Below, one piece after another: positions 9,749 to 19,788 of a stretch of 64,000 bases of DNA. Source of the DNA: Anaerolineales bacterium (GTDB lineage: Bacteria; Chloroflexota; Anaerolineae; Anaerolineales; RBG-16-64-43). Each line of letters opens with the position of its first letter. Position 1 is the stretch's first letter. The notes beneath the pieces are model-generated. The model was not told the DNA's origin. It saw only the letters and a list, made by a program, of their open reading frames with translations, and made no database searches. The position numbers and the translations under genes were made by a program. Where the stretch lies: assembly GCA_035288225.1 (NCBI GenBank), contig DATEAT010000036.1, positions 10,612 to 74,611 on the forward strand. The letters are read 5' to 3'.

Positions 9749-10489
9749 TCACTTCTCAGCCGGAGGTGCCGCGGCGCTGACGTCGCGACGGAAATCGAAA
9801 AAGCGGTATCCCACACCGTGCTCGGTGAGAATGTAAACCGGGTGGGAGGGATCCTTTTCGAGCTTCTGCCGCAGATAGTTGATGTACAGGCGCAGGTAAT
9901 GCGTCTCGCCGCGGTATTCATATCCCCACACTTTGGCCAGCAGCTGGTCGTGGGGCACCACCCAACCCGCGTTCTGCACCAAATGATAAAGCAAGCGGAA
10001 TTCGGTCGGACGCAAGCGCACCAGCTTCCCCTCGACCCACACTTCGCGCCGGTCGAAATCCAGGCGTAACCGGTCGTCAATCACCAGCGGGCCGGTCGCG
10101 CCGGGCTGAGGGCTCTCCAGCCGGCGCAACACGGCGCGGATGCGGCTGACGAGTTCGCGCGGGCTGAAAGGTTTGGTGACGTAATCGTCGGCACCCATCT
10201 CGAGCCCGCGCACGCGTTCGTTCTCCTCACCCTTGGCTGTGACCATGATGACCGGCACGCTGGAGAACTCGCGCATCATTCCCAGCACTTCGAAGCCGTC
10301 CATGTCGGGTAGCATCACGTCCAGCAGCACTAGGTCGGGCAGGTCGTTGCGCAGCCGCTCGAGCGCCTGGGTGCCGTTCTGCGCCTCCGAAACCTGGAAG
10401 CCGTCGTGCTCCAGGTTCAGGCGGATGAAGCGAACCATGCGCGGTTCGTCATCGACCACCAGGATGCGTCGGCGCGGCGTCGGAGGCAT
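9749..10489 (-). CDS. OmpR/PhoB-family response regulator (KdpE-like)
   Basis: [22 protein letters not shown]; winged-helix C-terminus ending GVGYRF. Confidence 0.93.
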   Translation of the reverse strand: MPPTPRRRILVVDDEPRMVRFIRLNLEHDGFQVSEAQNGTQALERLRNDLPDLVLLDVMLPDMDGFEVLGMMREFSSVPVIMVTAKGEENERVRGLEMGADDYVTKPFSPRELVSRIRAVLRRLESPQPGATGPLVIDDRLRLDFDRREVWVEGKLVRLRPTEFRLLYHLVQNAGWVVPHDQLLAKVWGYEYRGETHYLRLYINYLRQKLEKDPSHPVYILTEHGVGYRFFDFRRDVSAAAPPAEK

Positions 10490-10493
10490 CGTG

Positions 10494-10736
10494 CTACTCG
10501 CGCACAAACGTCACCAGCCGCTCTTCGGCCTCGCCCGGCAACACCTCGATGAAGGCGACGCGGCTGGCGGCCCAAATCACGGTGGAGACATTCTCCTGCA
10601 AGTAGGGCAGGTCCTTGCCGTCGCGCCGGCGCGGGTGATGGACGGTGAGGAAGGTGGCCGTGGCAGGCGGCATGTCGTCCATCTCCGCCATCACCGCCTC
10701 CTCGTTGACCAGATGCACCAGCACGGTGATCGACAT
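10494..10736 (-). CDS. Small hypothetical protein (80 aa)
   Basis: GGAGG RBS; fills the gap in the operon; protein-like composition. Confidence 0.8.
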   Translation of the reverse strand: MSITVLVHLVNEEAVMAEMDDMPPATATFLTVHHPRRRDGKDLPYLQENVSTVIWAASRVAFIEVLPGEAEERLVTFVRE

Positions 10737-10750
10737 CCGCGCCTCCGGGG

Positions 10751-11257
10751 CTAGACCTTGCGGAACACCTGGACCTTGAGGCTGCCCAGGCTGATCGTAT
10801 CGTTCTCACTGAGGGGCATGGGTCTCTCGGGGGTCAAACGCGTGCCGTTGAGGAAGGTGCCGTTGGCACTCCCCAGGTCTACCACCATGAGCGAATCCCC
10901 CTCGTAGCGCAGGTGGCAGTGCAGCCGTGAGACGCCTTTCTCGTGGGCACCGTAGCGGTTGAGGTCGATATCTGGCAGGATGGCCTGGGTCGCTTCCGCC
11001 CGGCCCAGTATGTAGTCCTGCTGGCCGCGCAGGGGAATTGCAACCGTACTGCCCATGACCCGCACGGCGATCGAATCCTGCCGGGTGAGCATCGCCGGGC
11101 CCTGCGTTTGACGAGGCTTGGTGGTGATTTCTTCGACCTCGTCGACCGGCAAGGAGACGGTCGGTGAGGCAGCGTCCTCATCCACCATCAACCCGCACTC
11201 GGGGCAGAAGAGCGTGCCCAAAAAGAGGGAGGCTTTGCAGCGCTGGCAGGTGATCAT
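10751..11257 (-). CDS. Zinc-ribbon + FHA domain protein
   Basis: CQRC...CPEC; FHA motifs LGR, GVSRLH, DLGSANGTFLNG. Confidence 0.92.
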   Translation of the reverse strand: MITCQRCKASLFLGTLFCPECGLMVDEDAASPTVSLPVDEVEEITTKPRQTQGPAMLTRQDSIAVRVMGSTVAIPLRGQQDYILGRAEATQAILPDIDLNRYGAHEKGVSRLHCHLRYEGDSLMVVDLGSANGTFLNGTRLTPERPMPLSENDTISLGSLKVQVFRKV

Positions 11258-12516
11258 CGCGGCCCCTCCGCGTGCGCTTCGAGCAGCGCGCGCGTCCCGT
11301 ACTTCACTCGCTTCTGCCCGCGCTCGGACAGCTTGTGATCCTGGGCCAACGCTTCGGCCTCGGCGATCACCGACTGCGCAAGTTCTCCTTGCCCGATCTC
11401 CAACAGCTGGGTCGCCAGACGGTTGAGCCGCCGCGTGCCGAGTTCGGCGTCACCCGAACGTGCGTCGGATAGCGCCTTCTCCTGCAAATGATACAGGTTC
11501 ACGCTGCGTGCCGCGGTGAGCAACTGCCCCGAGATCGGCGCGGGCGCAGCCTCTTTGAGCACCGGGAATGACAGCGCCAACGAGGACTTGAGGTGCATGT
11601 TGGTCTGCGACAGATGCGCGCCAAAATGCATCGTGCACACCTCGAAGGAAGCCAGCGGCTCGGGGATGGTGGAAATGACGAACTGCAACAAGAGCGACAA
11701 ACTTGTGCCGCTGAAGAGCGAACCCAGTCGCAGCGTCGTCCCCCCTGGCAGCGGCGTGGGCGCGGGCGAGGTGCGGAAGGACGACTGGAGCATGACGCCC
11801 GGCGCAGTGTCGATGACCAACGATATCTGGTCGGCGTAGACCAGCCCGAGTTCGCGGAACTTTTGTTTGAGCATCCGGTTCAGGGTGGAGATGTTTTCGA
11901 TGTAGACAGCTTGGCCGCCCGTCTTGGCGGCCAAAGCATCCAGGAAGATGTCGTTCCACGCTTCGCCGACCCCGATCGCCGTAATCTCGATACCTTCGAG
12001 CGCAGCTTCGTCGGCCAGGTCCATGCATGCCTGCTCATCGCCATAGGTGCGGCCGTCGGTGATCAGAATCAAGTGATCTATGGTTCCGCCGACCGCCCCG
12101 CGGCGTACCTCATCCATGCCGGCCCGCAGCCCCTTGAGAATCTCAGTGGCACCGCTGGTCTGGATTTCCGAGAGGCGGCTGTTGGCCGCAGTCGGGGAGA
12201 GGTGGGCATCGGAGGGGATGAGGAGTTCGGCCTTGTCGCTGAAAGTCACCAGGCCGAATCGGTCTTGCGGGCGAAGCAGGCGGATGACTTCGACCGCCGA
12301 CGAGCGGGCGGTATCCAGGCGCTCGCCGGTCATGGAGGTCGACCGGTCGAGCACCAGGCACATGTTCAGTGGCGGGGCGGGCACCGCGTCGTCGCGCGCC
12401 GGCGGGCGGACTGCGATGTGCGTGTAGAGGACCTGCGCCTCGGTGTGCACTTGTAGCGCAGTCCGGCTGTGGTTGAGGTCGACGACGAACGGCTCGGCCG
12501 GGGCAGCACTGGTCAT
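11254..12516 (-). CDS. von Willebrand factor A domain protein
   Basis: MIDAS residues DRSTS, SGAT, ITDG; helical C-terminal extension; ATGA overlaps at both ends. Confidence 0.9.
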   Translation of the reverse strand: MTSAAPAEPFVVDLNHSRTALQVHTEAQVLYTHIAVRPPARDDAVPAPPLNMCLVLDRSTSMTGERLDTARSSAVEVIRLLRPQDRFGLVTFSDKAELLIPSDAHLSPTAANSRLSEIQTSGATEILKGLRAGMDEVRRGAVGGTIDHLILITDGRTYGDEQACMDLADEAALEGIEITAIGVGEAWNDIFLDALAAKTGGQAVYIENISTLNRMLKQKFRELGLVYADQISLVIDTAPGVMLQSSFRTSPAPTPLPGGTTLRLGSLFSGTSLSLLLQFVISTIPEPLASFEVCTMHFGAHLSQTNMHLKSSLALSFPVLKEAAPAPISGQLLTAARSVNLYHLQEKALSDARSGDAELGTRRLNRLATQLLEIGQGELAQSVIAEAEALAQDHKLSERGQKRVKYGTRALLEAHAEGPR

Positions 12517-13385
12517 CGCAGGCCTGCCAGCTCCACGCAAATGACAGAGATGTTGTCGGGTCCGCCGGCGGCGTTGGCCAGTTGCACCAGCGCATCGCAC
12601 GCCGCTTGCGGTGTGTCGCTGTTGGCCATCGTCTCCTGGATGCGCGCATCGTCCAGCGGGCCCCACAAGCCGTCGGAGCACAACATCAGACGCGCCCCCG
12701 GCTCCCAGGGCAGGGTCAGGAACTCCGGCTCGAGTTCGTCGGTCTGCCCGATGGCGCGCAGCAAGACATTGCGCTGAGCGAAGCGGGTTGCTTCATCCGG
12801 GGTGATCTGGCCGATGTCAATCAAACGCTGCACCAGCGAGTGGTCGCGGGTGACCTGCTTGATCTCCGACCCAACCATGTAAGCGCGGCTGTCGCCCACG
12901 TGAGCCAGGAACAGCTGGTTGGAGAACATCAGCGCCGCGGTGAGGGTCGTGCCGCTGCCCGGGAAGTGGCGCAGCACCGACTGGTTGGCCGCGATCATTG
13001 CCCCTTCCAGTATCTCCTGGATGGATAATTGATCCTCGCCGCCCGATCCGCCGAGCCAGAGTGTGGTGAAGTGGGCCAGCACATGGCGGGCGAAGGTTTG
13101 CGCGGCCAAGCGGCTGGCACGCTCGCCCAGCTCGTGCCCGCCCATGCCGTCGGCCACAATGAACAAGCCGAAGTAGGGCAGGGTGCTGTCGGCTTGCTGC
13201 AGCCCGGTGAGCGCGATGAGCGAATCCTCGTTGGCCGTGCGTACACGGCCGACGTCGTGGCCGATGCCCACGTGGAAGATCGGCGGTCCGCTCGAGAGCG
13301 CCGCCGTCTTCTCGGACCCGGGGGCGTTGGTGGATGGGGGTGGAGTGTCGGGAGACAAGGATGAAGCCTCGGCTGGTTTAGACAT
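12513..13385 (-). CDS. PP2C/PPM Ser/Thr phosphatase
   Basis: RTANED, VADGMGGH, HVGDSRAY, TRDHS, CSDGL, GGPDNIS. Confidence 0.93.
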   Translation of the reverse strand: MSKPAEASSLSPDTPPPSTNAPGSEKTAALSSGPPIFHVGIGHDVGRVRTANEDSLIALTGLQQADSTLPYFGLFIVADGMGGHELGERASRLAAQTFARHVLAHFTTLWLGGSGGEDQLSIQEILEGAMIAANQSVLRHFPGSGTTLTAALMFSNQLFLAHVGDSRAYMVGSEIKQVTRDHSLVQRLIDIGQITPDEATRFAQRNVLLRAIGQTDELEPEFLTLPWEPGARLMLCSDGLWGPLDDARIQETMANSDTPQAACDALVQLANAAGGPDNISVICVELAGLR

Positions 13386-15267
13386 TGGCTGAGAGCGCGT
13401 AGATCGTGTGGTCGCTCGAACCGAAAAAAACACTGGTCTCATTGGCCGCGGGAGCACCCGTGATGGGACCACCGCTCTTGAATTTCCATCGCAGGCGGCC
13501 GCTGGCCAACTCTAGACAGTATAGATAGCCGTCGACTGAGCCGCAATAGACAAGTCCCTTGTGAATAAGTGGCGTCCCGGTGACCTGGTCTTCCGTCTCG
13601 AAGCGCCAGCGCTCGCGGCTGCTGCGCAAGTCGGCCGCGTATATCCGCCCGTCGGCGGAGCCGAAGACCACCACGCCTTCGGCAATGGCCGGCGAGGAGA
13701 CAATGGAATGCCCGGTGCGGAAGCGCCAGATGACCCAGCCGGAGGTCGAATCCACGGCGTACAAGACCCAGTCCACCGAACCGAACAGGACCATGCCGTC
13801 GGCTTCGGCCGGCGAGGAGAGTACCGCCCGTTTGGCATGAAACTGCCACTTGATCTCGCCGCGCAAACTGAGCGCATAAACGTCACCCGAGTCGCTGCCG
13901 AAGTAAATCCGGTCACCTACTACCAGGGCTGTCGAGCGAACCGGCGCTCCGGTATCGCACTTCCAGACCCGCCGGCCGGTGAGAGCCTGAACCGCATGCA
14001 GTGCTCCGTCGTCGGAGCCGATAAAGACGTGCTCCACCGCCACCCGCGGCGAGGCGCGGATCGGGCGCTCGGTGTAGTACGTCCACATCATGCGCCCAGT
14101 CTGCAGGCTGACGGCGTGCAGTCGCTGGTCTTCCGAGCCAACAAAAACCGTGTCGTCGCCCACCTCCGGCCGCCCGGGGATGCCGCCCTCGGTGGGATAC
14201 TTCCACAGAAACTCCCCACGCTCGGCGTTGAGCGCGTACAGGTTGTTGTCGTAAGCGCCAACCAGCAGCAAGTCGCGCGCCAGGAGAGGCGTGCCGCGCA
14301 CCTCATCTTCGCATTTGAAAACCCATTCCACCTTGGGGGCCCCGGGCTGGTCGGCGACGCTCGAGCGACCGGGGGCCTCCACCACCGGCTGGGGGGCCGC
14401 AAACACCGCGATGGTCGTGTTGATCGATTGGGCGAGTGCCTCGCCCATCGAGTGCGCATCCGCAAAGCGCGATTTGGCGTCGTAGGCCAAAGCCTTCTCC
14501 ACCACCGCCACGACCGCGGCCGGAACCTCCGGCCGAAGCTGAGGGATGGGCCGGTCGCCCCAGGTGAAGGGAGGTTCGAGGCGCGGGTCGCGCCGCGTGA
14601 GCAGGTGGTGGAGCGTGGCACCCAGGGCGTAAACATCGGATAGCGGACCCGCCTCGCCGCGGTATTGCTCGGGCGGTGAGTAACCTTCGGTGCCGATCAT
14701 CGTGCCCTTGTGGTCGGGGGCGAAGAGCTTGGCGATCCCGAAATCCACCAGGCGCAGGATGCCATTCTCATCGATCATGACGTTGGAGGGCTTCATGTCG
14801 CGGAAGATGATCGGCGGCGTGTGATTGTGCAGGTAGTGGAGAACGTCGCACAGCTCGATGCTCCATCCGACAACCTTCACGACCGGCAGGCCGTCCGGAG
14901 CCTCCTCGAGGACGCCCTCCAGATCCCTGCCGGTGATGTACTCCATCACCAGGAAGGAGCGCTCGCCGATGGTGAAGTAATCGTAGATGCGCGGAATGGC
15001 CGGGTGGGTGAGCGTGGCCAGCAGGTTGGCTTCACGTTCAAAGCTCGAAAGCACGGCCTCGAGCATGGCGGCATCATGGCTCGAGTGGAGAAGCTCCTTC
15101 ACCGCCACCAGGCGGGTGATGTTGGGGAAGCGCAGGTCGCGCGCCTGATAGACGGCGCTCATCCCGCCGCGCCCGAGTTTGCGCAGCACGCTGTAGCGGC
15201 TCTCGAGCACCGTCCCCTGGCTGAGCGAGGCGGTACCGGTGCGCGCTGGCCCCAGGGGGGCGGTCAT
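13378..15267 (-). CDS. Hanks-type Ser/Thr kinase with C-terminal PQQ-like beta-propeller repeats
   Basis: GRGGMS, VAVKE, FRDMKPSN, DFG, GTEGYSPPE; repeated GSxDxxLYAL...G...W units; no obvious TM segment. Confidence 0.93.
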   Translation of the reverse strand: MTAPLGPARTGTASLSQGTVLESRYSVLRKLGRGGMSAVYQARDLRFPNITRLVAVKELLHSSHDAAMLEAVLSSFEREANLLATLTHPAIPRIYDYFTIGERSFLVMEYITGRDLEGVLEEAPDGLPVVKVVGWSIELCDVLHYLHNHTPPIIFRDMKPSNVMIDENGILRLVDFGIAKLFAPDHKGTMIGTEGYSPPEQYRGEAGPLSDVYALGATLHHLLTRRDPRLEPPFTWGDRPIPQLRPEVPAAVVAVVEKALAYDAKSRFADAHSMGEALAQSINTTIAVFAAPQPVVEAPGRSSVADQPGAPKVEWVFKCEDEVRGTPLLARDLLLVGAYDNNLYALNAERGEFLWKYPTEGGIPGRPEVGDDTVFVGSEDQRLHAVSLQTGRMMWTYYTERPIRASPRVAVEHVFIGSDDGALHAVQALTGRRVWKCDTGAPVRSTALVVGDRIYFGSDSGDVYALSLRGEIKWQFHAKRAVLSSPAEADGMVLFGSVDWVLYAVDSTSGWVIWRFRTGHSIVSSPAIAEGVVVFGSADGRIYAADLRSSRERWRFETEDQVTGTPLIHKGLVYCGSVDGYLYCLELASGRLRWKFKSGGPITGAPAANETSVFFGSSDHTIYALSANV

Positions 15268-15331
15268 CGGATCGGTGGCCAGAGGGAAGACTCCTTCACG
15301 CCGTGCAGGTAGAGCGCCACGGTCTCAGACG

Positions 15332-15337
15332 ATTATA
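15332..15337 (-). promoter_or_regulatory. Putative -10 (TATAAT) for the kinase operon
   Basis: ATTATA on the + strand about 65 nt upstream of the kinase ATG. Confidence 0.45.
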
Positions 15338-15473
15338 AGCACGGGCCGCACGACCTGCAAGCCTCACCGTCTTGTGAGGCTGTCCCAAGGGTAGGCGCGG
15401 CGCAGCCTGTGTATTCACCTGGCTGCAGGCATGAGGCGGGTCACCTCCGTGCGCCACGGCCGGGTGCAGGTCG

Positions 15474-18400
15474 CTATCCGCCCCGTGACGCGGCCGAGAT
15501 TTTCCACCTTCGCACCCACTCTAGGGCACGCGTAAGCGCGGGCTTCCACTCCGTGGCCGGGACGGCGGCGGGCAGGTACAACGCACCCCGGCTGTAGCGC
15601 ATCCCTTCCGGAACTTCACCGGGCTCGAGCCCCTGCGGCAGGTACAGGCGCAGCACCAAGTTGCGGTTCTCCATCGACACGCTCTCGACGCCGGCCTCCA
15701 GCGCTTTCACCTTGACCCGCAGCTGGTAGAGCAAGTGCTCCACCGCCTCCGGCAGCGCACCGAAGCGGTCCTCCATTTCCTGGGCCAGGGCGAGCACCTC
15801 GCCCTCGCGTGTCAAGTCCGCCATGCGCCGGTAGAGCCGCACGCGCGCTTCGCGGCTGGGCACGTAGTCGTCGGGGAGGGAGGCGTTCAGCGGCAAGTCC
15901 ACGCTGACCAGGCCAGCTTCCAGCCCGGGCAGCACGCCCTCGCGCTGATCGCGCGCGCGACGGACGGCCTGGGCCAGAAGGCGCGTGTAGAGGTGGAAAC
16001 CGATGGCGGCAATGTGTCCGTGCTGGCGCGCGCCGAGGATCTCGCCCGCGCCGCGAATCTCCAAATCGCGCATGGCGATGCTATACCCGGCGCCCAACTC
16101 GGTTTGTTCGGCCAACGTCTGCAGTCGCTCGTGCGCCTCCGGCGTGGGACGATGGCGGCGTTCGGTGAAGAAGTAGGCGTAGCCGCGCATGGCGCTGCGC
16201 CCGACCCGCCCGCGCAATTGGTAAAGCTGGGCCAGGCCGAAGGTGTCGGCCCGCTCGACCACCAGCGTGTTGGCCGAAGGAATATCCAGGCCCGACTCGA
16301 TGATCGAAGTGCACAGGAGCACGTCCACTTCGCGGGCCAAGAAGGCGGCCATGGCTCGCTCCAATTCGTGTTCGTGCATCTGGCCGTGGGCGACCACCAA
16401 CCGTGCTTCGGGAATGATCCGCTCCAGGCGCTGGCGTGCCGCGAGGATGGTCTCGACGCGATTGTGCACATAAAACACTTGCCCGCCGCGATCGAGCTCG
16501 CGCAAGATGGCCTTGCGCACCGCGCCCTCCGAATAGGCACCCACGCTTGTCACGACGGGCAGGCGCTCTTGGGGCGGCGTGTCGATGGTGGAGATATCCC
16601 GTACGCCGGTGAGTGAGAGGTACAACGTGCGCGGGATGGGCGTGGCCGTGAGAGTCAGGACGTCGACTTCGGTGCGCAGTTGCTTGAGATACTCCTTGTG
16701 TGCCACTCCGAAGCGCTGCTCTTCGTCGATGACCACCAGTCCGAGGTCTTTGAAGCGCACGTCTCGTTGCAGCAGGCGATGCGTGCCGATGACCACGTCC
16801 ACCCGGCCCTCGGCTAATTCGCCAAGCACGGCCTGCTGTTCGGCCGGCGTGCGAAAGCGTGAGAGCATTTCCACGCGGGCCGGGAAGGGCAGCAGGCGCT
16901 GGGCAAAGGTCTGTGCGTGCTGCTGGGCGAGCAGGGTGGTGGGAACGAGCACCGCCACCTGACGCCCAGACATCACGGCCTTGAACGCCGCGCGCAGCGC
17001 GACTTCGGTTTTGCCATAGCCCACGTCGCCGCAGATCAAGCGATCCATTGGCCGCGTGGATTCCATGTCGCGTTTGACGGCTTGGATGGCCAGAAGCTGG
17101 TCTTCGGTCTCGACGTAAGGGAACGAGGCTTCCAGCTCCTGCTGCCAAGGGGTGTCGGGGCCGAACGCGATTCCCTGGGCGGCTTGGCGACGCGCGTACA
17201 GATCGAGTAGCTCGCGGGCGATATCTTCGACGGCATGCCGCGCCCGGTCGCGTGCCAGTCCCCATTCTGCGGTGCCGAGCCGTGACAGTGTGGGTGGATG
17301 CTCGTCGGCACCGACATAACGCGTGAGGCGGTCCACCTGATGTACCGGAACGAAAACCTGATCGCCCCCGGCGAACTCCACCTGCAAATACTCACGCGAC
17401 GTGCGCTCCACCGTGCGGCGTACCAGGCCCGCGAATCGCCCGATGCCGTACTCGATGTGCACAACGAAATCGTCCGGATTGAGATCGGCGTACTCGGCTT
17501 CCGGAGGCAATGCCGCGGCCCGCGCACGCCGGCGAGGTTCAGGCCGAACCCAACCGAAGATCTCGCCGTCGCTCAAGAGGTGCAGGGCCGTCTCGTCCGC
17601 CAGGCGAACCACGAACCCTTCCTGCAAGCCGCCGGTGGTCATGGTTGCCGCGCCGGGAGGCGGCAGCTCCATCACCTGTTCGTCGGGAAGCAGCGTGCGG
17701 GGTGCCTCTCCAGAGCGCTCGCTCCACAATTCCGCGAGGCGGGCCGCCTGACGCGACACGAGGATTGTGCGCGCGGAGGAATCATCCAATTCTTCGAGAT
17801 GATCGAGCAGGGGTTTGATTTGCCCGCCGAAGCGAGGGCCAGGCGAAAAGGCCTCGCCGAGCGGGATCTGCACGGCCGCCTCGGGGTAAGAGGCCAGTAC
17901 GAGCGTCGCATGCGATTCGGTCGCCTCGCGCAGGTGATCCCAGGTAAGATGCGCCATGGGTGCGCGCGCATTCAGCCATCCGGCGGCCTCCGCCTCGTCG
18001 CGCAATTGAAGCGCCTGAGTCTCCCATTCGGCCGAGGTGTCTTCTGCTTCCTGGTAGTCGTCAAAGACCAGCAGCGCGCCGGGTGGGAGATGCTCCAACA
18101 CGCTGGCAGGCGGGTACACCCACGGAGCGTAGAACTCCGGTCCCGGCGCGAGGGGCGCCTCCGTGGTATCCGCGCCCGAGTTGACCATCGGCCAATCGGA
18201 AGGCGCCGCCTCGCGGCGCGCGGCGAGGTCGCGCTCGAGCACTTCGCGCGCAGGTGCAACCCTCACCGTGCCGATCTTCTCGGTCGATCGTTGAGTCCCC
18301 GGGTCGAAGCGGCGCAATGTGTCGATTTCGCCGCCGAAGAATTCGATGCGCACTGGCGAAGGTTCGGCCGGCGGCCACACGTCGAGAATGCCGCCGCGCC

Positions 18401-18974
18401 GGCTGAATTGCCCCGGCTCGAGCACGAACGGTTCGTGGACGTAACCCACGTCCGTCCAGGTGCGGACCAGGTTATCCAGCGAGGCCGCCCCGCCGGGTGA
18501 TAGCTGACGGCAGGCCAGCAGGAAGTCCTGCCGCGGCAGGGTAGGGGTCATCCAGGCGCGGAGCGAGGCCACCACGACGAGCGGGGCGCGCGGTTCGCGC
18601 GCAGGCAAGTTGTAGTCTGCCAGAGAGGCCAGTGTGGCCAGGCGTTCGCGAATCGTACGCGGGCCCCAGGGCAGGGGTTCGTAGAAAAGCGTTGCGGGCT
18701 CGGCGAAGTTGAGAACACGGGCTTGCGGGTTCCAGGCGGCGAGGTCGTCGCGCACAGCCAGCGCGCGCTCGTTGCGCGCGACAAGAACGAACACGGGCGC
18801 CGGCCAGCGCGCTGCCAATGCGGCCACAAGCGCCGGGCGTGCGGCGCGCAACAGGCCCAGGGCAGCCGCCCCCGCGGGGCGAGGCGAAGTTGAACTCGCC
18901 GCCTGGAGGTGCGCCAACATGGCTTCAAAGGGAGCAAGCTGTTCGATGGCCGGGAGCAGCCCGCTCAGATTCAC
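15474..18974 (-). CDS. mfd: Transcription-repair coupling factor
   Basis: [45 protein letters not shown]. Confidence 0.97.
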   Translation of the reverse strand: MNLSGLLPAIEQLAPFEAMLAHLQAASSTSPRPAGAAALGLLRAARPALVAALAARWPAPVFVLVARNERALAVRDDLAAWNPQARVLNFAEPATLFYEPLPWGPRTIRERLATLASLADYNLPAREPRAPLVVVASLRAWMTPTLPRQDFLLACRQLSPGGAASLDNLVRTWTDVGYVHEPFVLEPGQFSRRGGILDVWPPAEPSPVRIEFFGGEIDTLRRFDPGTQRSTEKIGTVRVAPAREVLERDLAARREAAPSDWPMVNSGADTTEAPLAPGPEFYAPWVYPPASVLEHLPPGALLVFDDYQEAEDTSAEWETQALQLRDEAEAAGWLNARAPMAHLTWDHLREATESHATLVLASYPEAAVQIPLGEAFSPGPRFGGQIKPLLDHLEELDDSSARTILVSRQAARLAELWSERSGEAPRTLLPDEQVMELPPPGAATMTTGGLQEGFVVRLADETALHLLSDGEIFGWVRPEPRRRARAAALPPEAEYADLNPDDFVVHIEYGIGRFAGLVRRTVERTSREYLQVEFAGGDQVFVPVHQVDRLTRYVGADEHPPTLSRLGTAEWGLARDRARHAVEDIARELLDLYARRQAAQGIAFGPDTPWQQELEASFPYVETEDQLLAIQAVKRDMESTRPMDRLICGDVGYGKTEVALRAAFKAVMSGRQVAVLVPTTLLAQQHAQTFAQRLLPFPARVEMLSRFRTPAEQQAVLGELAEGRVDVVIGTHRLLQRDVRFKDLGLVVIDEEQRFGVAHKEYLKQLRTEVDVLTLTATPIPRTLYLSLTGVRDISTIDTPPQERLPVVTSVGAYSEGAVRKAILRELDRGGQVFYVHNRVETILAARQRLERIIPEARLVVAHGQMHEHELERAMAAFLAREVDVLLCTSIIESGLDIPSANTLVVERADTFGLAQLYQLRGRVGRSAMRGYAYFFTERRHRPTPEAHERLQTLAEQTELGAGYSIAMRDLEIRGAGEILGARQHGHIAAIGFHLYTRLLAQAVRRARDQREGVLPGLEAGLVSVDLPLNASLPDDYVPSREARVRLYRRMADLTREGEVLALAQEMEDRFGALPEAVEHLLYQLRVKVKALEAGVESVSMENRNLVLRLYLPQGLEPGEVPEGMRYSRGALYLPAAVPATEWKPALTRALEWVRRWKISAASRGG

Positions 18975-19570
18975 TCGCTGCCCCCCGCCGCAGTCCGCAG
19001 GTCGCCGTTGAACTGCGTCATCGCCGCATCCAGCCCGTGCTCGAGAACGGTGCGCAACGCATCACTCGCACGCGCAATGACGGCGGCCACCTCTGTCTGC
19101 TCTTGGTGATCGAAGTCCTGCAGGACGTAATCCGCCGCAACCATCACACCCGGCGGGCGGCTCACTCCAATGCGCAGGCGAGGAAAGGACTGGCTGCCGA
19201 GCGCGGTAATAATCGAGCGCAGCCCGCGATGACCGCCCGAACCCCCAAAGGGACGCAGTCGCAAAGTCCCCAGCGGCAAATCGATGTCGTCCGCGCACAC
19301 CAGCAGGTTCTCGAACGGAACCTGGAAGAATCGAACCAACGCCGCGACTGATCCGCCACTCAGGTTCATGTAGGTCTGCGGCTTGGCCAGAATCACTTTG
19401 CGACCGAGGTGGTTTCCGCTCGCGACAAACGCCTCGAATCGCTGGCGCGAGAAGGAGAGGGCCAGGCTGTGGGCCAGATGGTCCACGGTGCGAAACCCGA
19501 CATTGTGGCGCGTTGCGGAGTGCTCGCGGCCAGGGTTGCCCAGCCCGATGATCAGAGCGACGTCGTCCAT
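18971..19570 (-). CDS. pth: Peptidyl-tRNA hydrolase
   Basis: GLGNPG, TRHNVGF, KPQTYMNLSG, GGHRGL. Confidence 0.96.
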   Translation of the reverse strand: MDDVALIIGLGNPGREHSATRHNVGFRTVDHLAHSLALSFSRQRFEAFVASGNHLGRKVILAKPQTYMNLSGGSVAALVRFFQVPFENLLVCADDIDLPLGTLRLRPFGGSGGHRGLRSIITALGSQSFPRLRIGVSRPPGVMVAADYVLQDFDHQEQTEVAAVIARASDALRTVLEHGLDAAMTQFNGDLRTAAGGSE

Positions 19571-19788
19571 CGATGCCTTTCGTGCCGGCCGGCCGCGATG
19601 TGCACGCGCCTCCGGCGGCGAGTTACGGGCCGAATGCTTCGCGCCCCAGGACGTGGCGGGAGGGGCGTCCGCGCCAGGCCTACTGGGGCTCATCGCACAA
19701 ACATGCAAGTTTAGCACAGTCCACGCGGCACTTCGTATTCGTTCGGAGAATCTCGGGGGAGGCCGCGATCGAGTGGTAAACTCGCCGC

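Noticed and set aside
13400..14330. Periodic sequence that might be a repeat array or CRISPR
   Set aside because: These are degenerate protein-level PQQ-type propeller repeats within the kinase gene, not identical DNA repeats.
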